Assembly (NCBI RefSeq): GCF_963921235.1
Contig: NC_086108.1
Span: 87,732,001 to 87,796,000, forward strand
DNA from: Mobula hypostoma
Lineage: Eukaryota
DNA: 64,000 nt
Reading direction: 5' to 3'
In this document: positions 37,255-50,514 of the stretch, piece after piece
Numbering within the stretch: the first letter of the stretch is position 1
Layout of the letters: each line of letters opens with the position of its first letter
Translations under genes and position numbers: made by a program
Notes under the pieces: model-generated
The model's input: the letters and a program-made list of their open reading frames with translations, nothing else
Told to the model about the DNA's origin: nothing
Databases searched by the model: none

Positions 37255-40200
37255 CTATAACTCTACTAGGTGTTTTTTATCGGCCGCCCAATAACAGGGA
37301 TATCAAGGAGCAGATAGGGATACAGATCCTGGAAAGATGTAATAATAACAACAGAGTTGTTGAGGTGGGAGATTTTAATTTCCCAAATATAGATTGGCAT
37401 CTTCCTAGAGCAAGGGGTTTAGAAGGGGTGGAATTTGTTAGGTGTGTTCAGGAAAGTTTCTTGACACAATATGTAGAAACATAGAAACATAGAAAATAGC
37501 TGCAGGAGTAGGCCATTCGGCCCTTCGAGCCTGCACCGCCGTTCAGTATGATCATGGCTGATCATCCAACTCAGAACCCTGTACCAGCCTTCCCTCCATA
37601 ACCCCTGATCCCTTTAGCCACAAAGGCCATATCTAACTCCCTCTTAAATATAGCCAATGAACTGGCCTCAACTGTTTCCTGTGGCAGAGAATTCCACAGA
37701 TTCACCACTCTCTGTGTGAAGAAGTTTTTCCTCATCTCGGTCCTAAAAGGCTTCCCCTTTATCCTCAAACTGTGACCCCTCGTTCTGGACTTCCCCAACA
37801 TCGGGAACAATCTTCCTGCATCTAGCCTGTCCAACCCCTTTAGGATTTTATACGTTTCAATCAGATTCCCCCCTCAATCTTCTAAATTCCAACGAGTATA
37901 AGCCTAGTTCATCCAGTCTTTCATCATATGAAAGTCCTGCCATCCCAGGAATCAATCTGGTGAACCTTCTTTGTACTCCCTCTATGGCAAGGATATCTTT
38001 CCTCAGATTAGGGGACCAAAACTGCACACAATACTCCAGGTGTGGTCTCACCAAGGCCTTGTAAAACTGCAGTAGTACCTCCCTGCTCCTGTACTCGAAT
38101 TCTCTTGCCATAAATGCCAGCATACCATTCGCCTTTTTCACCGCCTGCTGTACCTGCATGCCCACTTTCAATGACTGGTGTATAATGACACCCAGGTCTC
38201 GTTGCACCTCCCCTTTGCCTAATCGGTCACCATTCAGATAATAATCTGTTTTCCTGTTTTTGCCACCAAAGTAGATAACTTCACATTTATCCACATTAAA
38301 TTGCATCTGCCATGAATTTGCCCACTCACCTAACCTATCCAAGTCACCCTGCATCCTCTTAGCCTCCTCCTCACTGCTAACACTGCCGCCCAGCTTCGTG
38401 TCATCCGCAAACTTGGAGATGCTGCATTTAATTCCCTCATCCATGTCATTAATATATATTGTAAACATCTCGGGTCCCAGCACTGAGTCTTGCGGTACCC
38501 CACTAGTCACTGCCTGCCATTCTGAAAAGGTCCCATTTATTCCCACTCTTTGCTTCCTGTCTGCCAACCAATTCTCTATCCACATCAATACTTTACCCCC
38601 AATACCGTGTGCTTTAGGTTTGCACACTAATCTCCTGTGTGGGACCTTGTCAAAAGCCTTTTGAAAATCCAAATATACCACATCCACTGGTTCTCCCCTA
38701 TCCACTCTACTAGTTACATCCTCAAAAACATCCTTGTAGATAAGCCTACAAGAGGAGATGACTGTACTTGATTTGTTATTGGGAAATGAACCTGGTCAGG
38801 TGTCAGATCACTCAGTGGGAGAGCAGTTTGGAGATACTGATCATAATTCTATCTCCTTTACCATAGCACTGGAGAGAGAAAGGAACAGACAAGTCAGAAA
38901 AGCGTTTAATTGGAGTAAGGGGAATTATGAGGCTATCAGGCAGGAACTTGGAAGCTTAAATTGGGAACAGATGTTCTCAGGGAAAGGTACGGAAGAAATG
39001 TGGCAAATGTTCAGGGGATATTTGTGTGGAGTTCTGCATAGGTAAGTTCCAGTGAGACAGGGAAGTTATGGTAAGGTACAGGAACCGTGGTGTACAAGGG
39101 CTGTAGTAAATCTAGTCAAGAGGAAAAGCTTACAAAAGGTTCAGAGAGCTAGGTTAGAGATCTAGAAGATCATAAGGCTAGCAGGAAGGAACTTAAGAAA
39201 GAAATTAGGAGAGCCAGAAGGGGCCATGAGAAGGCCTTGGCGGGCAGGACCAAGGCATTCTACAAGTATGTGAAGAGCAAGAGGATAAGATGTGAAAGAA
39301 TTGGACCTATCAAGTGTGACAGTGGGAAAGTGTGTATGGAACTGGAGGAAACAGCAGAGGTACTTAATGAATACTTTACTTCAGTATTCACTATGGAAAA
39401 GGATCTTGGTGATTGTAGCGACGACTTGCAGCGGACTGAAAAGCCTGAGCATTTAGATATTAAGAAAGAGAATGTGCTGGAGCTTTTGGAAAGCATCAAG
39501 TTGGATAAGTCGGCGGTACCAGATGAAATGTACCCCAGGCTACTGTGGAAGGCGAGGGAGGAGACTGTTGAGCCTCTGGTGATGATCTTTACATCATCAA
39601 TGGGGACGGGAGAGGTTCCGGAGGATTGGAGGGTTGCGGGTATTGTTCCCTTATTCAAGAAAAGAGAGTAGAGGTAGCCCAGGAAATTATAGACCAGTGA
39701 GTCTTGCTTCAGTGGTTGGTAAGTTGACGAAGATGATCCTGAGAGGCAGCATTTATGAACATTTGGAGAGGTATAATATGATTAGGAATAGTCATCATGG
39801 CTTGTCAAGGTCAGGTCGTGTCTTACGAGCCTGATTGAATTTTTTGAGAATGTGACTAAACACATTGATGAAGGAAGAGTAGTAGATGTAGTGTATATGG
39901 ATTTCAGCAAGGCATTTGATAAGGTACCCCATGCAAGGCTTATTGAGAAAGTAAGGAGGCATGGGATCCAGGGGAAATTGCTTTGTGGATCCAGAACTTG
40001 CTTGCCCACAGAAGGCAAAGAGTGGTTGTAGACGGGTCATATGCTGCATGGAGGTCAGTGACCAGTGATGTGCCTCAGGGATCTGTTCTGGGCCCCATAC
40101 TCTTTGTAATTTTCATAAATGATCTGGATGAGGAAGTGGAGGGATGGGTTAGTAAGTTTGCTGATGACACGAAGGTTGGGGGTGTTGTGGATAGTGTAGA

Positions 40201-41060
40201 GAGCTGTCAGAGGTTGCAGCGGGACATTGATAAGATGCAAAACTGGGCTGAGAAGTGGCAGATGGAGTTCAACCCAGATAAGTGTGAAGTGGTTCATTTT
40301 GATGGATATGATGGCAGAATACAGTATTAATGGTAAGACTCTTTGCAACATGGAGGATCAGGAGGATCTTGGGGTCCAAGTCCATAGGACACTCAAAGCA
40401 GCTGTGCAGGTTGACTCTGTGGTTAAGAAGGCATACGGTGTAATGGCCTTCATCAATCGTGGAATTGAATTTAGAAGCCAAGAGGTAATGTTGCAGCTAC
40501 ATAGGACCCTGGTCAGACCCCACTTGGAGTACTGTGCTCAGTTCTGGTCGCCTCACTACAGGAAGGATGTGGAAACCATAGAAAGGGTGCAGAGGAGATT
40601 TACAAGGATGTTGCCTGGATTGGGGAGCATGCCTTATCAGAACAGTTTGAGTGAACTCAGCCTTTTCTCCTTGGAGCGATGGAGGATGGGAGGTGACCTG
40701 ATAGAGGTGTATAATATGATGAGAGGCATTGATTCTGTGGATAGTCAGAGGCTTTTTTTACAGGACTGAAATGGCTGCCACAAGAGGGCACAGGTTTCAG
40801 GTGCTTGGGAGTAGGTACAGAGGAGATGTCAAGGATGTTTTTTTATGCAGAGAGTGGTGAGTGCGTGGAATGGGCTGCCAGCAATGGTGGTGGAGGCGGA
40901 TACGATAAGGTCTTTTAAGAGATAGGTATATGTAGCTTAGAAAAATAGAGCTATGGGAAACCCTAGTAATTTCTAAGGTAGGGACATGTTCGGCACAACT
41001 TTGTGGGCCAAAGGGCCTGTATTGTGCTATAGGTTTTCTATGTTCCTATGTTTTTTCTAT
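37255..41060 (+). mobile_element. Long CR1 LINE (family B) ORF2, interrupted by an antisense CR1
   Basis: GVFYRPPN, VGDFNFPNIDW, VLDLLLGNE, DFSKAFDKV, KFADDTK; TTTCTATG-like tail. Confidence 0.9.
37478..38734 (-). mobile_element. Nested 5'-truncated CR1 LINE (family C)
   Basis: ORF 37857..38705 (YLDFQKAFDKV, KFADDTK); (TTTCTATG)n tail; TGTAGA duplicated on both sides. Confidence 0.9.
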
Positions 41061-41194
41061 CAGATTTTAAGCATGTGCTCTGTCTTCACTTTTGTTCTGC
41101 ACAAACATTAGTTTCATCATACCTTTTTCAGATGCTGCAATTTGTTTTTGAGCATGTGTTTAAAAAAATCTACCTTATCACTTTAATATTATAG

Positions 41195-41550
41195 TTATAG
41201 GGTGACGGGGTGGAGATACTTCTCCACCAAAGGAGGTGTAAGGCACTCCTTCCCTCCGCTAGCTTGCAGGTCACTCTTGGGCAAGGTGTAGGTCCTGACT
41301 GGCTCCCGATCAGGGTCACATGAAGCCGTGTGAGCAGGTGGTAGATTGTACATATCACAAGTCCTGATTATGCGACCACCGGACAATCTCTGAAGTGTAC
41401 TGCTAATGGCTGGCTTGGAAAGAAACTGTCCAGAAGAAGGCATTGGCAAACCACTTCTGTAGAAAAATTTGTCAAGAACAATCATGGTCAAAGACCATGA
41501 TCACCTATATCATACGACATGGAACATGATGATGATGATGATGATGAAGA
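41195..41550 (+). mobile_element. Short non-autonomous retroelement with (GAT)n tail (RTE-related SINE-like)
   Basis: GC-richer body ending in GATGATGATGATGATG; family assignment is inference. Confidence 0.45.
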
Positions 41551-41655
41551 TGACTGTAGCTTGAATTCACTAACACAATGTTAGGAATTTATATATAATA
41601 GGCACCCTCAGGCAAGGTAAAAAAGGGTCTTAGAAATTAAAAAACAAGTGCCCAC

Positions 41656-41826
41656 CTGGTGAGTTTGAAGTCCTATGATGGAAGAATACGCAAGGATCGT
41701 AATGAAGATCTCAGGCTGAAACAATATGTCTGTACCTGGGACCTTAAATGGTCGCAATAATTCCACTAAACACCTCGAGAGTGCATGAAATACTTCATCA
41801 AAAATCAGCTCACCAGTGGAGTCATC
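41656..41826 (-). CDS. SZT2: SZT2 coding exon 4 ([31 protein letters not shown]...[11 protein letters not shown])
   Basis: CAG acceptor and GTGGG donor; 171 nt. Confidence 0.95.
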
Positions 41827-43179
41827 CTGTGAAACAAATGAGAACACTCACTTAAATTGAGAAATAAGTATCTGTTGGAAGAGGGGAAAAACACAATAAG
41901 CTTCAAAAATGTACATATTTGCATACTAGAATAGCAGGCATGATTGAGAATAAAAAAAACTCTTGCATTTATAAGGTATCTTTCACATCTCCTTTGTTAC
42001 TTCTGGGGCACCAAAAATTGTACAATACATCAAAAGCACATTATTGGCTAGAAAATGCTTTGGAACATCCTGAAAGAGAATGAAAAAGACTTCTTCAAAA
42101 AAACTCTATCAAGGCTATAGGACATTAACTTCCAGACACAAATTCATACTGACTGCCCCTAATCAGGCTGTTTTTCTGAATGTGAGAAAATTTTATCTTT
42201 TAAACTTTCTCCAGTAATTTCCCAACACTGACACAAGCCTCAGCAACTGTTCCTGATTTGTTTCAATTGCACTTCTTAAATAGACTAACTGGGACTTTTC
42301 CTGTGGCTAAAGAGGGTACAAAGATTTCTGGCATTTTAATTTATTATCACGTAAATAGGCAGCCATAAATTTCAAAACGCTACAAGACATGAGCATTCTT
42401 GTGGTATTCAGCTATCCACAATCCTTTCACTCAGCATAACGTTACATTAGTTGCTTGACATACAAGCAAACAGATAAAATAAAGCCACTCTCAGAACAAT
42501 TATAGTTCAATATAAATTTCCAAAATGGCAATTAAATTTTAAAAGCAGCACTTACATTAGTTCTAAACACCAGGCTAGCAGATTTTCCCTATCTTTTATA
42601 TTGATATCAGTTTTACTGCACATTTAGATTTACATTAGTCACATTGAAACACAGTGAAAAGCATAATTTGTGTTAACAAATCAACACAATCAGAGTATAT
42701 GCTGGGGCAGCCTGCATTTAAAGGAGGAAGGGAGCTACAAAATAGATTTGAGAAACACTTTGGTCATTTTTATTTCTATTTTATGCAAAAATTACCACAT
42801 AGCATTAAAACACTATCAATAGAAAGCTGGGATAATGGCAAAATTCATATAATTGTGCAAATGTATGAAGCCACTTCAGTTTGTGGTCAAGCAAGGAAGG
42901 AGCTGCAAAATATCTCAGCTATCGCTAAAAATATGCCTTTAAAAAAAAGGTATGTTTAATGTATTAAAACATCTCAATGGAGCGCAAGCAAACCAAACTC
43001 ATCACAGTACCACATACTGTGAAATCAAGTAATCAAAAGTTAGGCCAAAGAAATTGGTTTTGACTATAGCAGCAAGGAGTGGTTTTGGATTTATCAGAAG
43101 ACGACACAAATAAGCTGAACACATTTAACAATCTACTTTTGTATCAGTGAAGGACCAAAATAAAAAAGAATATATTGAG

Positions 43180-43850
43180 CAATAAACACAAAATGCTGGA
43201 CGAACTGAGGTGGCATATATGGAAGGGAATAAACAGTCAACATTCTGGGCCAAGAATCTTCTTTCGGACTGGAAAGGGAGGGGTGCAGAAGCCAGAATAA
43301 GGAGAGGAGAGGGGAAGGAATACAAGCTGACAGGCAATAGGTGAGAACAGGCAAGGTGGAAGGTGGGGGAGTGGGGAGGTTTGAAATAAGAAGTTGAGAG
43401 GGGATAAATAGGGTTGAGAAAGGTTGAATCTAATAGGACCATGGAAAAAAGGGAAGCAGAACCAGAAGGAGATGTGCAGATGAAAAGAAGAGAAAGGTGA
43501 GAGGGTAACTTGAATTGGGAATGGAAAATAAAAAGGAGGGAGAGAAATCATCATAAGTAATAGAAATCTATGTTCATTTCACCTGCTTGGAGGCTATCCA
43601 GACAGAATATGAGGGGATGCTCCTCCAACCTGAGTTCGGCGTCATCACGACAGTACAGGAGGACAAGAACAGACATGTGAGAATGGGAATGAGAAGTTGA
43701 ATTGAAATGGATGGCCTCTGGGAAATCCCGCCTTTTGCGACGGACGGAGCAAAAGTGCTCAACAAAGAAGTCCCCAAAACTGCATTTGGTCTCACCAATG
43801 CAGAAGCGCCGGATGCAACAGGTGACCTTGACAGAATATATTCTTCACTT
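43180..43850 (-). mobile_element. Penelope-like element 3' remnant (GIY-YIG endonuclease C-terminus, pyrimidine-rich UTR, terminal repeat)
   Basis: Minus frame CIGETKCSFGDFFVEHFCSV...HFNSTSHSHSHMSV...LRLEEHPLIFCLDSLQAGEMNIDF; degraded hammerhead-like motif near 43234-43271. Confidence 0.78.
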
Positions 43851-44079
43851 GGGTGGAACACCTGTGCAAGATCACTCAATCACAAACTGAGATCACCAGA
43901 CTCTGCACAAAACTTGACATGTACCAGGCAGTAATATCTTAAAAATCAACAAGACCCAAGACAACAGGCACAAGGACTCTAACCGAATGTAGCAAAGCCT
44001 TTGTATAAAATATTAAACCAATTAATTCTAAAACCCCTTTAAATTACTCTGATTCTCAATTATAATGTGAACTTTATGG

Positions 44080-44380
44080 AGGCAGCACGGTAACATAGTG
44101 GTTAGCCCAACACTTTGCAGCAGCCAGCTGTAAGAATGAGGTTCAATTCCCTCCACTATCTGTAAGGAGTTTGTATGTTCTCTGTACGATCGCCTGGGTT
44201 TCTTCCTGCATTTCAAAGACAGAGTTAGAATCAGTGAGCTGTGGGCATACAATGCCATCACTGGAAGCATGGCAGCTCTTGTGGGCTGTCCAGCACAATC
44301 TTTGCTGATTTGACTTGATGCTAAATAATGCATTTCATTGTAGATCTGATGTACATGTGACAAATAAAACTAAACTTTAA
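44080..44380 (+). mobile_element. tRNA-derived SINE
   Basis: GGCAGCACGGTAACATAGTGGTTAGC (A box) and GGTTCAATTCC (B box), then GTAAGGAGTTTGTATGTTCTC core. Confidence 0.75.
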
Positions 44381-44517
44381 CTTTTGTATGAATTAACAGG
44401 AAAAAGCTATGTCTATTGTGTCATTAATAAAACCCGTCAACCAGAGTTGTTGATTAAATTCAGATGCACAGTTATCTAATGTTCACTTTAACTCTCTTTC
44501 CAATGACAATTACTTAC

Positions 44518-44691
44518 CACAATCCCTGTGGATGGACTAAGATCCAATACAACAACAAAGCGATATCGCTGAGCAAGAAAGGTGATATGGGTTGAAGGTA
44601 CTAACTGATAAGTGTGAGCAGAAACAGGTTCACCCTGCTGCCATCCCTTTGGTAGGACATTTAAAATATCTAGTTCATTCTTGGAGTTGAG
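44518..44691 (-). CDS. SZT2: SZT2 coding exon 3 ([18 protein letters not shown]...[29 protein letters not shown])
   Basis: TAG acceptor and GTAAG donor; 174 nt; not in the ORF track. Confidence 0.94.
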
Positions 44692-44774
44692 CTATAAAGA
44701 AAAAGACAAATTTTCAATGTCACATGGTATTGTTAGAAAACATTTCATTTCAAAGAGCTGCAATTCTCCTTTCC

Positions 44775-47700
44775 ATCTAACCATATAACAATTACAGCAC
44801 GGAAACAGGCCATCTCGGCCCTTCTAGTCTGTGCTGAACTCCTACCTGCACTCAGCCCATAACCCTCCATTCCTTTCCTGTCCATATAGCTGTCCAATTT
44901 AACTTTAAATGACAACATCGAACCTGCCTCAACCACTTCTGCTGGAAGCTCGTTCCACGCAGCTACACTCTCTGAGTAAAGAAGTTCCCCCTCATGTTAC
45001 CCCTAAACTTTTGCCCTTTAACTCTCAACTCATGTCCTCTTGTTTGAATCTCCCCCACTCTCAATGGAAAAAGCCTGTCCACGTCAACTCGATCTATCCC
45101 CTCATAATTTTAAATACCTCTACCAAGTCCCCCCTCAACCTTCTACACTCCAAAGAATAAAGACCTAACTTGTTCAACCTTTCTCTGTAACTTAGGAGAT
45201 GAAACCCAGGCAACATTTTAGTAAATCTCCTCTGTACTCTCTCAATTTTATTGACATCTTTCCTATAATTCAGTGACCAGAACTGTACACAATACTCCCA
45301 ATTTGGCCTTACCAATGCCTTGTACAGTTTCAACATTACATCCCAACTCCTATACTCAATGCTCTGATTAATAAAGGCCAGCATACCAAAAGCTTTCTTC
45401 ACCACCCAACCCACATGAGATTCCACCTTCAGGGAACTATGCACCATTATTCCTAGATCCCTCTGTTCTACTGCATTCTTCAATGCCCTACCATTTACCA
45501 TGTATATCCTATTTTGATTAGTCCTACCAAAATGAAGCACCTCACATTTTTCAGCATTAAAATCCATCTGCCATCTTTCAGCCCACTCTTCTAACTGGCC
45601 TAAATCTCTCTGCAAGCTTTGAAAACCTACTTCATTATCCACAACTCCACCCTTCTTAGTATCATCTGCATACTTACTCATCCAATTTACCACCCCATCC
45701 TCCAGATCATTAATATATATGACAAACAACATTGGACCCAGTACAGATCCCTGAAGCACACCGCTAGACACCATCCTCCAATCTGACAAACAGTTATCCA
45801 CCACTACTCTCTGGCGTCTCCCATCCAGCCACTGCTGAATCCATTTTAGTACTTCGATATTAATACCTAATGATTGAACCTTCCTAACTAACCTTTCGTG
45901 TGGAACCTTGTCAAAGGCCTTACTGAAGTCCATATAGACAACATCCACCGCTTTACCCTCGTCAACTTTCCTAGTAACCTCTTCAAAAAATTCAATAAGA
46001 TTTGTCAAACATGACCTTCCACGCACAAATCCATGTTGGCTGTTCCTAATCCAGACCCTGTCTATCCAGATAATTATAAATTCCATCTCTAAGAATACTT
46101 TCCATCAATTTACCCACCACTGACGTCAAACTCACAGGCCGATAATTGTTAGGTTTACTCTTAGAACCCTTTTTAAACAATGGAACCACATGAGCAACAC
46201 GCCAATCCTCCAGCACCATCCCCGTTTCTAATGACATTTGAAATATTTCTGTCAGAGCCCCTGCTATTTCCACACTAACTTCCCTCAAGGTCCTAGGGAA
46301 TACCTTGTCCGGACCTGGAGACTTATCCACTTTTATATTCCTTAAAAGCACCAGTACTTCCTCTTCTTTAATCATCATAGTTTCCATAACTACCCTACTT
46401 GTTTCCTTTACCTTACACAATTCAACATCCTTCTCCTTAGTGAATACCGAAAAAAAGAAATTGTCCAAAATCTCCCCATCTCTTTTGGCTCCGCACATAG
46501 CCATCCACTCTGATTCCCTAAGGGACCAATTTTGTCCCTCACTATCCTTTTGCTATTAATATAACTGTAGAAGCCCTTTGGATTTATTTTCACCTTACTT
46601 GCCAAAGCAGCCTCGTATCTTCTTTTAGCTTTTCTAATTTATTTCTTAAGATTCTTTATATTCCTCGAGCACCTCATTAACTCCAACCTGCCTACATTTA
46701 TTGTAGATCTCACTCTTTTTCCAAACCAAGTTCCCAATATCCCTTGAAAACCATGGCTCTCTCAAACTTTCAACCTTTCCTTTCAACCTAACAGGAATAT
46801 AAAGACCCTGTACCCTCAAAATTTCACCTTTAAATGACCTCCAGTTCTCTATTACATCCTTCCCATAAAACAAATTGTCCCAATCCACTCCTTCTAAATC
46901 CTTTTGCATCTCCTCAAAGTTAGCCTTTCTCCAATCAAAAATCTCAACCCTGGGTCCAGTCCTATCCTTCTCCATAATTATATTGAAACTAATGGTATTG
47001 TGATCACTGGACCTGAAGTGCTCCCCAACACATACCTCCGTCACCTGCACTGTCTCATTGCCTAAAAGGAGATCCAACACTGCCCCTTCTCTAGTTGGTA
47101 TCACAACCTTGTGCTCACAACAAATATCTGCTATCTCCTTACAAATTTGCTCCTCCAATTCTCAGTCCCCATTAGGTGGTCCATAATACACCCCTATAAG
47201 CATCAATACACCTTTCTCATTCCTCAATTCCATCTAAATAGCCTCCCTAGATAAGTCCACTAATCTATCCTGCCAGAGTACCGCTGTTATATTTTCTCTG
47301 ACAAGCAATGCAACACCTCCTCCTCTTGCCCCTCCGATTCTATCACAGCTGAAGCAACGATATCCTGCAATATTTAGTTGCCAATCACACCCCTCTTGCA
47401 ACCATGTTTCACTAATAGTTACAACATCATATTTCCAGGTATCAATCCATGCTCTAAGCTCATCCACCTTTCTTATAATGCTCCTAGCATTAAAATAGAT
47501 GCATTTAAGAAACTCTCCACCTCTTACTCTCTGTTTATCCTTAATGCAGCAAACAACTTTGTTATCTTTTTCATCCTTCTTCCCTACATCTTTGGTCTGA
47601 GTGCTCCCGATCTCTGTCCCCTGCCTATCCTCACACACTGTCTACTGGCTTTCTCTATTTGTGAACCAACCTCCTCTCTCCTAGTCTCTTAAATTTGATT

Positions 47701-47920
47701 CCCACCCTCCAACCATTCTAGTTTAAAGTCACCTCAGTCGCCTTCGCAAATCTCCCCACCAGGATATTGGTCCCTCTAGGATTCAAGAGTAACCCGTCCT
47801 TTTTGTACAGGTCACATCTGTGCCAAAAGAGGTCCCAATGATCCAGAAACTTGAATCCCTGCCCCCTGCTCCAATCCCTCAGCCACGCATTTATCTTCCA
47901 CCTCATTGCATTCCTACTCT
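44775..47920 (-). mobile_element. Long CR1 LINE (family A), second copy, inverted relative to 31075-35750
   Basis: ORFs 45094..46086 (RT, KYADDT), 46646..47158 and 47234..47638 closely match the plus-strand copy. Confidence 0.93.
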
Positions 47921-48189
47921 TTCCTAGACAAACGAAACAACAACCCTGGTGTAAAACTGGTATATATCTAATACATTAAGTACAGCATTGCAACTTGCGA
48001 GGAATTCTTTAATCAACATGCAAACTGGCATAAAACAACCTTTGAAGATTTCTTTTATTATAACAACTTAACAAAATATACAAAATGGAAATTTCTGTTG
48101 TGACATTTGCTTAGGTGAAAATTTAGTTTTAGACTCCCCTTCACAATGCACTCATATTTTCAAAAATTTCTATAAGGAAGCTACCGCCC

Positions 48190-48560
48190 CCCTCCCTTCT
48201 TCTGTGTTCCAAGGAATAAAGACATCTTGCTATAATTCACGGATGATAACATCCTTTCTGCACTCTTTCCAGTTTAACTACGCCTTTCCTGTAACAGGGT
48301 GACCACAGTACTCCAAGCACAGCCTTATGAATAACTTGTACAACTGCAGAATAACTTTGCAGCTCCTTTCCTCAATATCCTGAATGATGAAGGCCAACGT
48401 GCTGAACAGCATTTTCACCACCCGGTCTAGCCACAACGCTGCTTCCAATAAACTATGCACTTATAATGCTTGGTCCTTCTGTTTCATTACACTCCCTAGT
48501 ACCCTACCATTCGTAGTATAAGTACTATGCTGGCTTGTCTTTCCAACACACATCACCTCA
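48190..48560 (-). mobile_element. Degraded CR1 fragment
   Basis: LDRVVK..TLAFI..ILQLYKLFIRLCLEYC remnant. Confidence 0.65.
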
Positions 48561-48900
48561 CACTAATGAAATCAGACATGTCTTACATTTCTGAGACAGA
48601 GATAATAAAAAGGTTAATGAAACCTTTTTCATAAGGCATGAGGAAGTATAACAAATTCCACATTTTTAGAGTTTTTTTCTACTAAACAGCTACACTGAAA
48701 TTGATATTACAGGAAATTTAGTTTCAATTGCCTCTGCTTATTGGTTGCATGATGCTGAGCCATACAGATTAAAGATACCCTTGTTTCAGTCCGAGATACA
48801 ATTGAATAAATATGCCCATCTGGGCTGGGCACTAAAGAAATAATGTCCTGCTTCACATTCTTTTTAAGCAAATCCCATCTTCCCCCATCCTTTTACTCAC

Positions 48901-49026
48901 AAGCTCTGAGTGAGACATTGGTTGAATATTTTGATTGAGCTTGCTGAGAAACCAAGCTAACCGCACATTCCGGGAAATCCGGTATTCCTTCTTCATAAGC
49001 AGGAAAACTTGTCCTGCTTCCTCCAC
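48901..49026 (-). CDS. SZT2: SZT2 coding exon 2 ([42 protein letters not shown])
   Basis: CAG acceptor and GTGAGT donor; 126 nt; highly conserved SZT2 N-terminal motif. Confidence 0.96.
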
Positions 49027-50514
49027 CTGTAAAAATAAAACTGAGGTAAATATCACAGAATACAGGAAAATCCCTTGGACCACAGGAAGTCCCATGAAAA
49101 CACTGGACCAGAAGCAAACTCTTTTTCTTAAAACACTGTTTTTCCTACCACTTAATGAGGCCATGATTTATTTGTCACCCATTCCTTTCACTCAACTTCT
49201 CACCACTTCACTGCACATAAAAGGTGCTAAAATTAACAACCGGACGAGAATCAAGTGCTACTTGCAGAAGAAACTTCCAAATTTCTAATATTCTTTACCT
49301 GCAGAGGTATTTCCTAACTGCAGTCCTAGAAAGTCTAGCTCTTATTTTTAGCAAATTTCTTTCTGGTGTGTTGCAAGACTCAGCAACAAGGAAGGTACTT
49401 TCTCCTCGTTATCAGTTCCTCTTAGCACTAACTAATATAAAAGAATTTATTGAGACTTTATAAGGCCTCACCTGGAGTACTGCGAGAAGTTTTGGGTCTC
49501 TTATTAAGAAAGGATGTGCCGGCATTGGAGAGGGTCTAGAGGAGATTAACCTACCTGGAGCGTATTTGGGCTGTGAGGGGAAACCAAAGGACCAGAAAAT
49601 AAACACACAATCCACAGGGAGGACATAGAGACTCCTTACAGAGGATGCTGTGACTGAATTCCAACACCCCAAGCTGCAGTAATTTTTAGCCAGAGGGTGG
49701 TGAATATGTGGAATTCATTGCCACAGACAGCTGTGGAGGCCATATCATTGGGTATAGTTAAAGCAAAGGTAAATTCTAGATTTAAGAATGTCGAAGATTG
49801 CAGGGAAAATGGGATTTGATAAATCAGCCATGATGGAATGGCGGAACAGACTCAGTGGGCCAAATGAAATAACTCTGTTTCTACATCTTACAGAATATAT
49901 ACTTTAAGACTAAATAATTTCTTGACCCTGAAATAAATGTAAATATTTGAATTATTTTTCAGGATAACTTGTGATAATGCTGTTCAGCCAACAAGTTTGA
50001 GGTGAGGCAGAGCCAATATTCCACAGCAAACAGTCACTTATACAGCAAAGTTAATTTACTCAGAAAACTGAGAAACTTTTCTCTAGTTTCATTATTGAAA
50101 GATTGCAAAGTTGCAGGGCCTGTTTTAAAATGTATGCACTTCTGCATTTTATTTCCTCTGATTAACACAAAAGACTATTTTAAGATTCAATTGATAATTT
50201 TGGCTAGAAAATTTTTAAAAATATCTTTGTTACTAAGAAATAGTCAAAACACTTGTGTCTCAACCTTCTATTAAAGGTGATAAACACTCCAATAAATCCT
50301 AAAATGAGAGCAATTCAATAAATGTGAAAGATTAGAGTTGCCAATTCCATCTAATGCTGACTGAAGACCAAAAAAAAAACCTGGTTAGATAGAATTCTTT
50401 CAAGACCATGGTAGCTTAGTTTGTATTTTAGAAACATCCAAACATGTAGCTTAAACACATCAAATATATTTCTCAGACAGCACAACTGAATATTCAGTTA
50501 GCCCTATGCACCAT

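Noticed and set aside
44080..44152. tRNA-like A and B boxes
   Set aside because: No complete cloverleaf, and it continues into a SINE body; not a tRNA gene.
45094..46086. 330-aa reverse transcriptase ORF as a domesticated gene or retron-like system
   Set aside because: Part of a frameshifted CR1 copy with many paralogs in the window.
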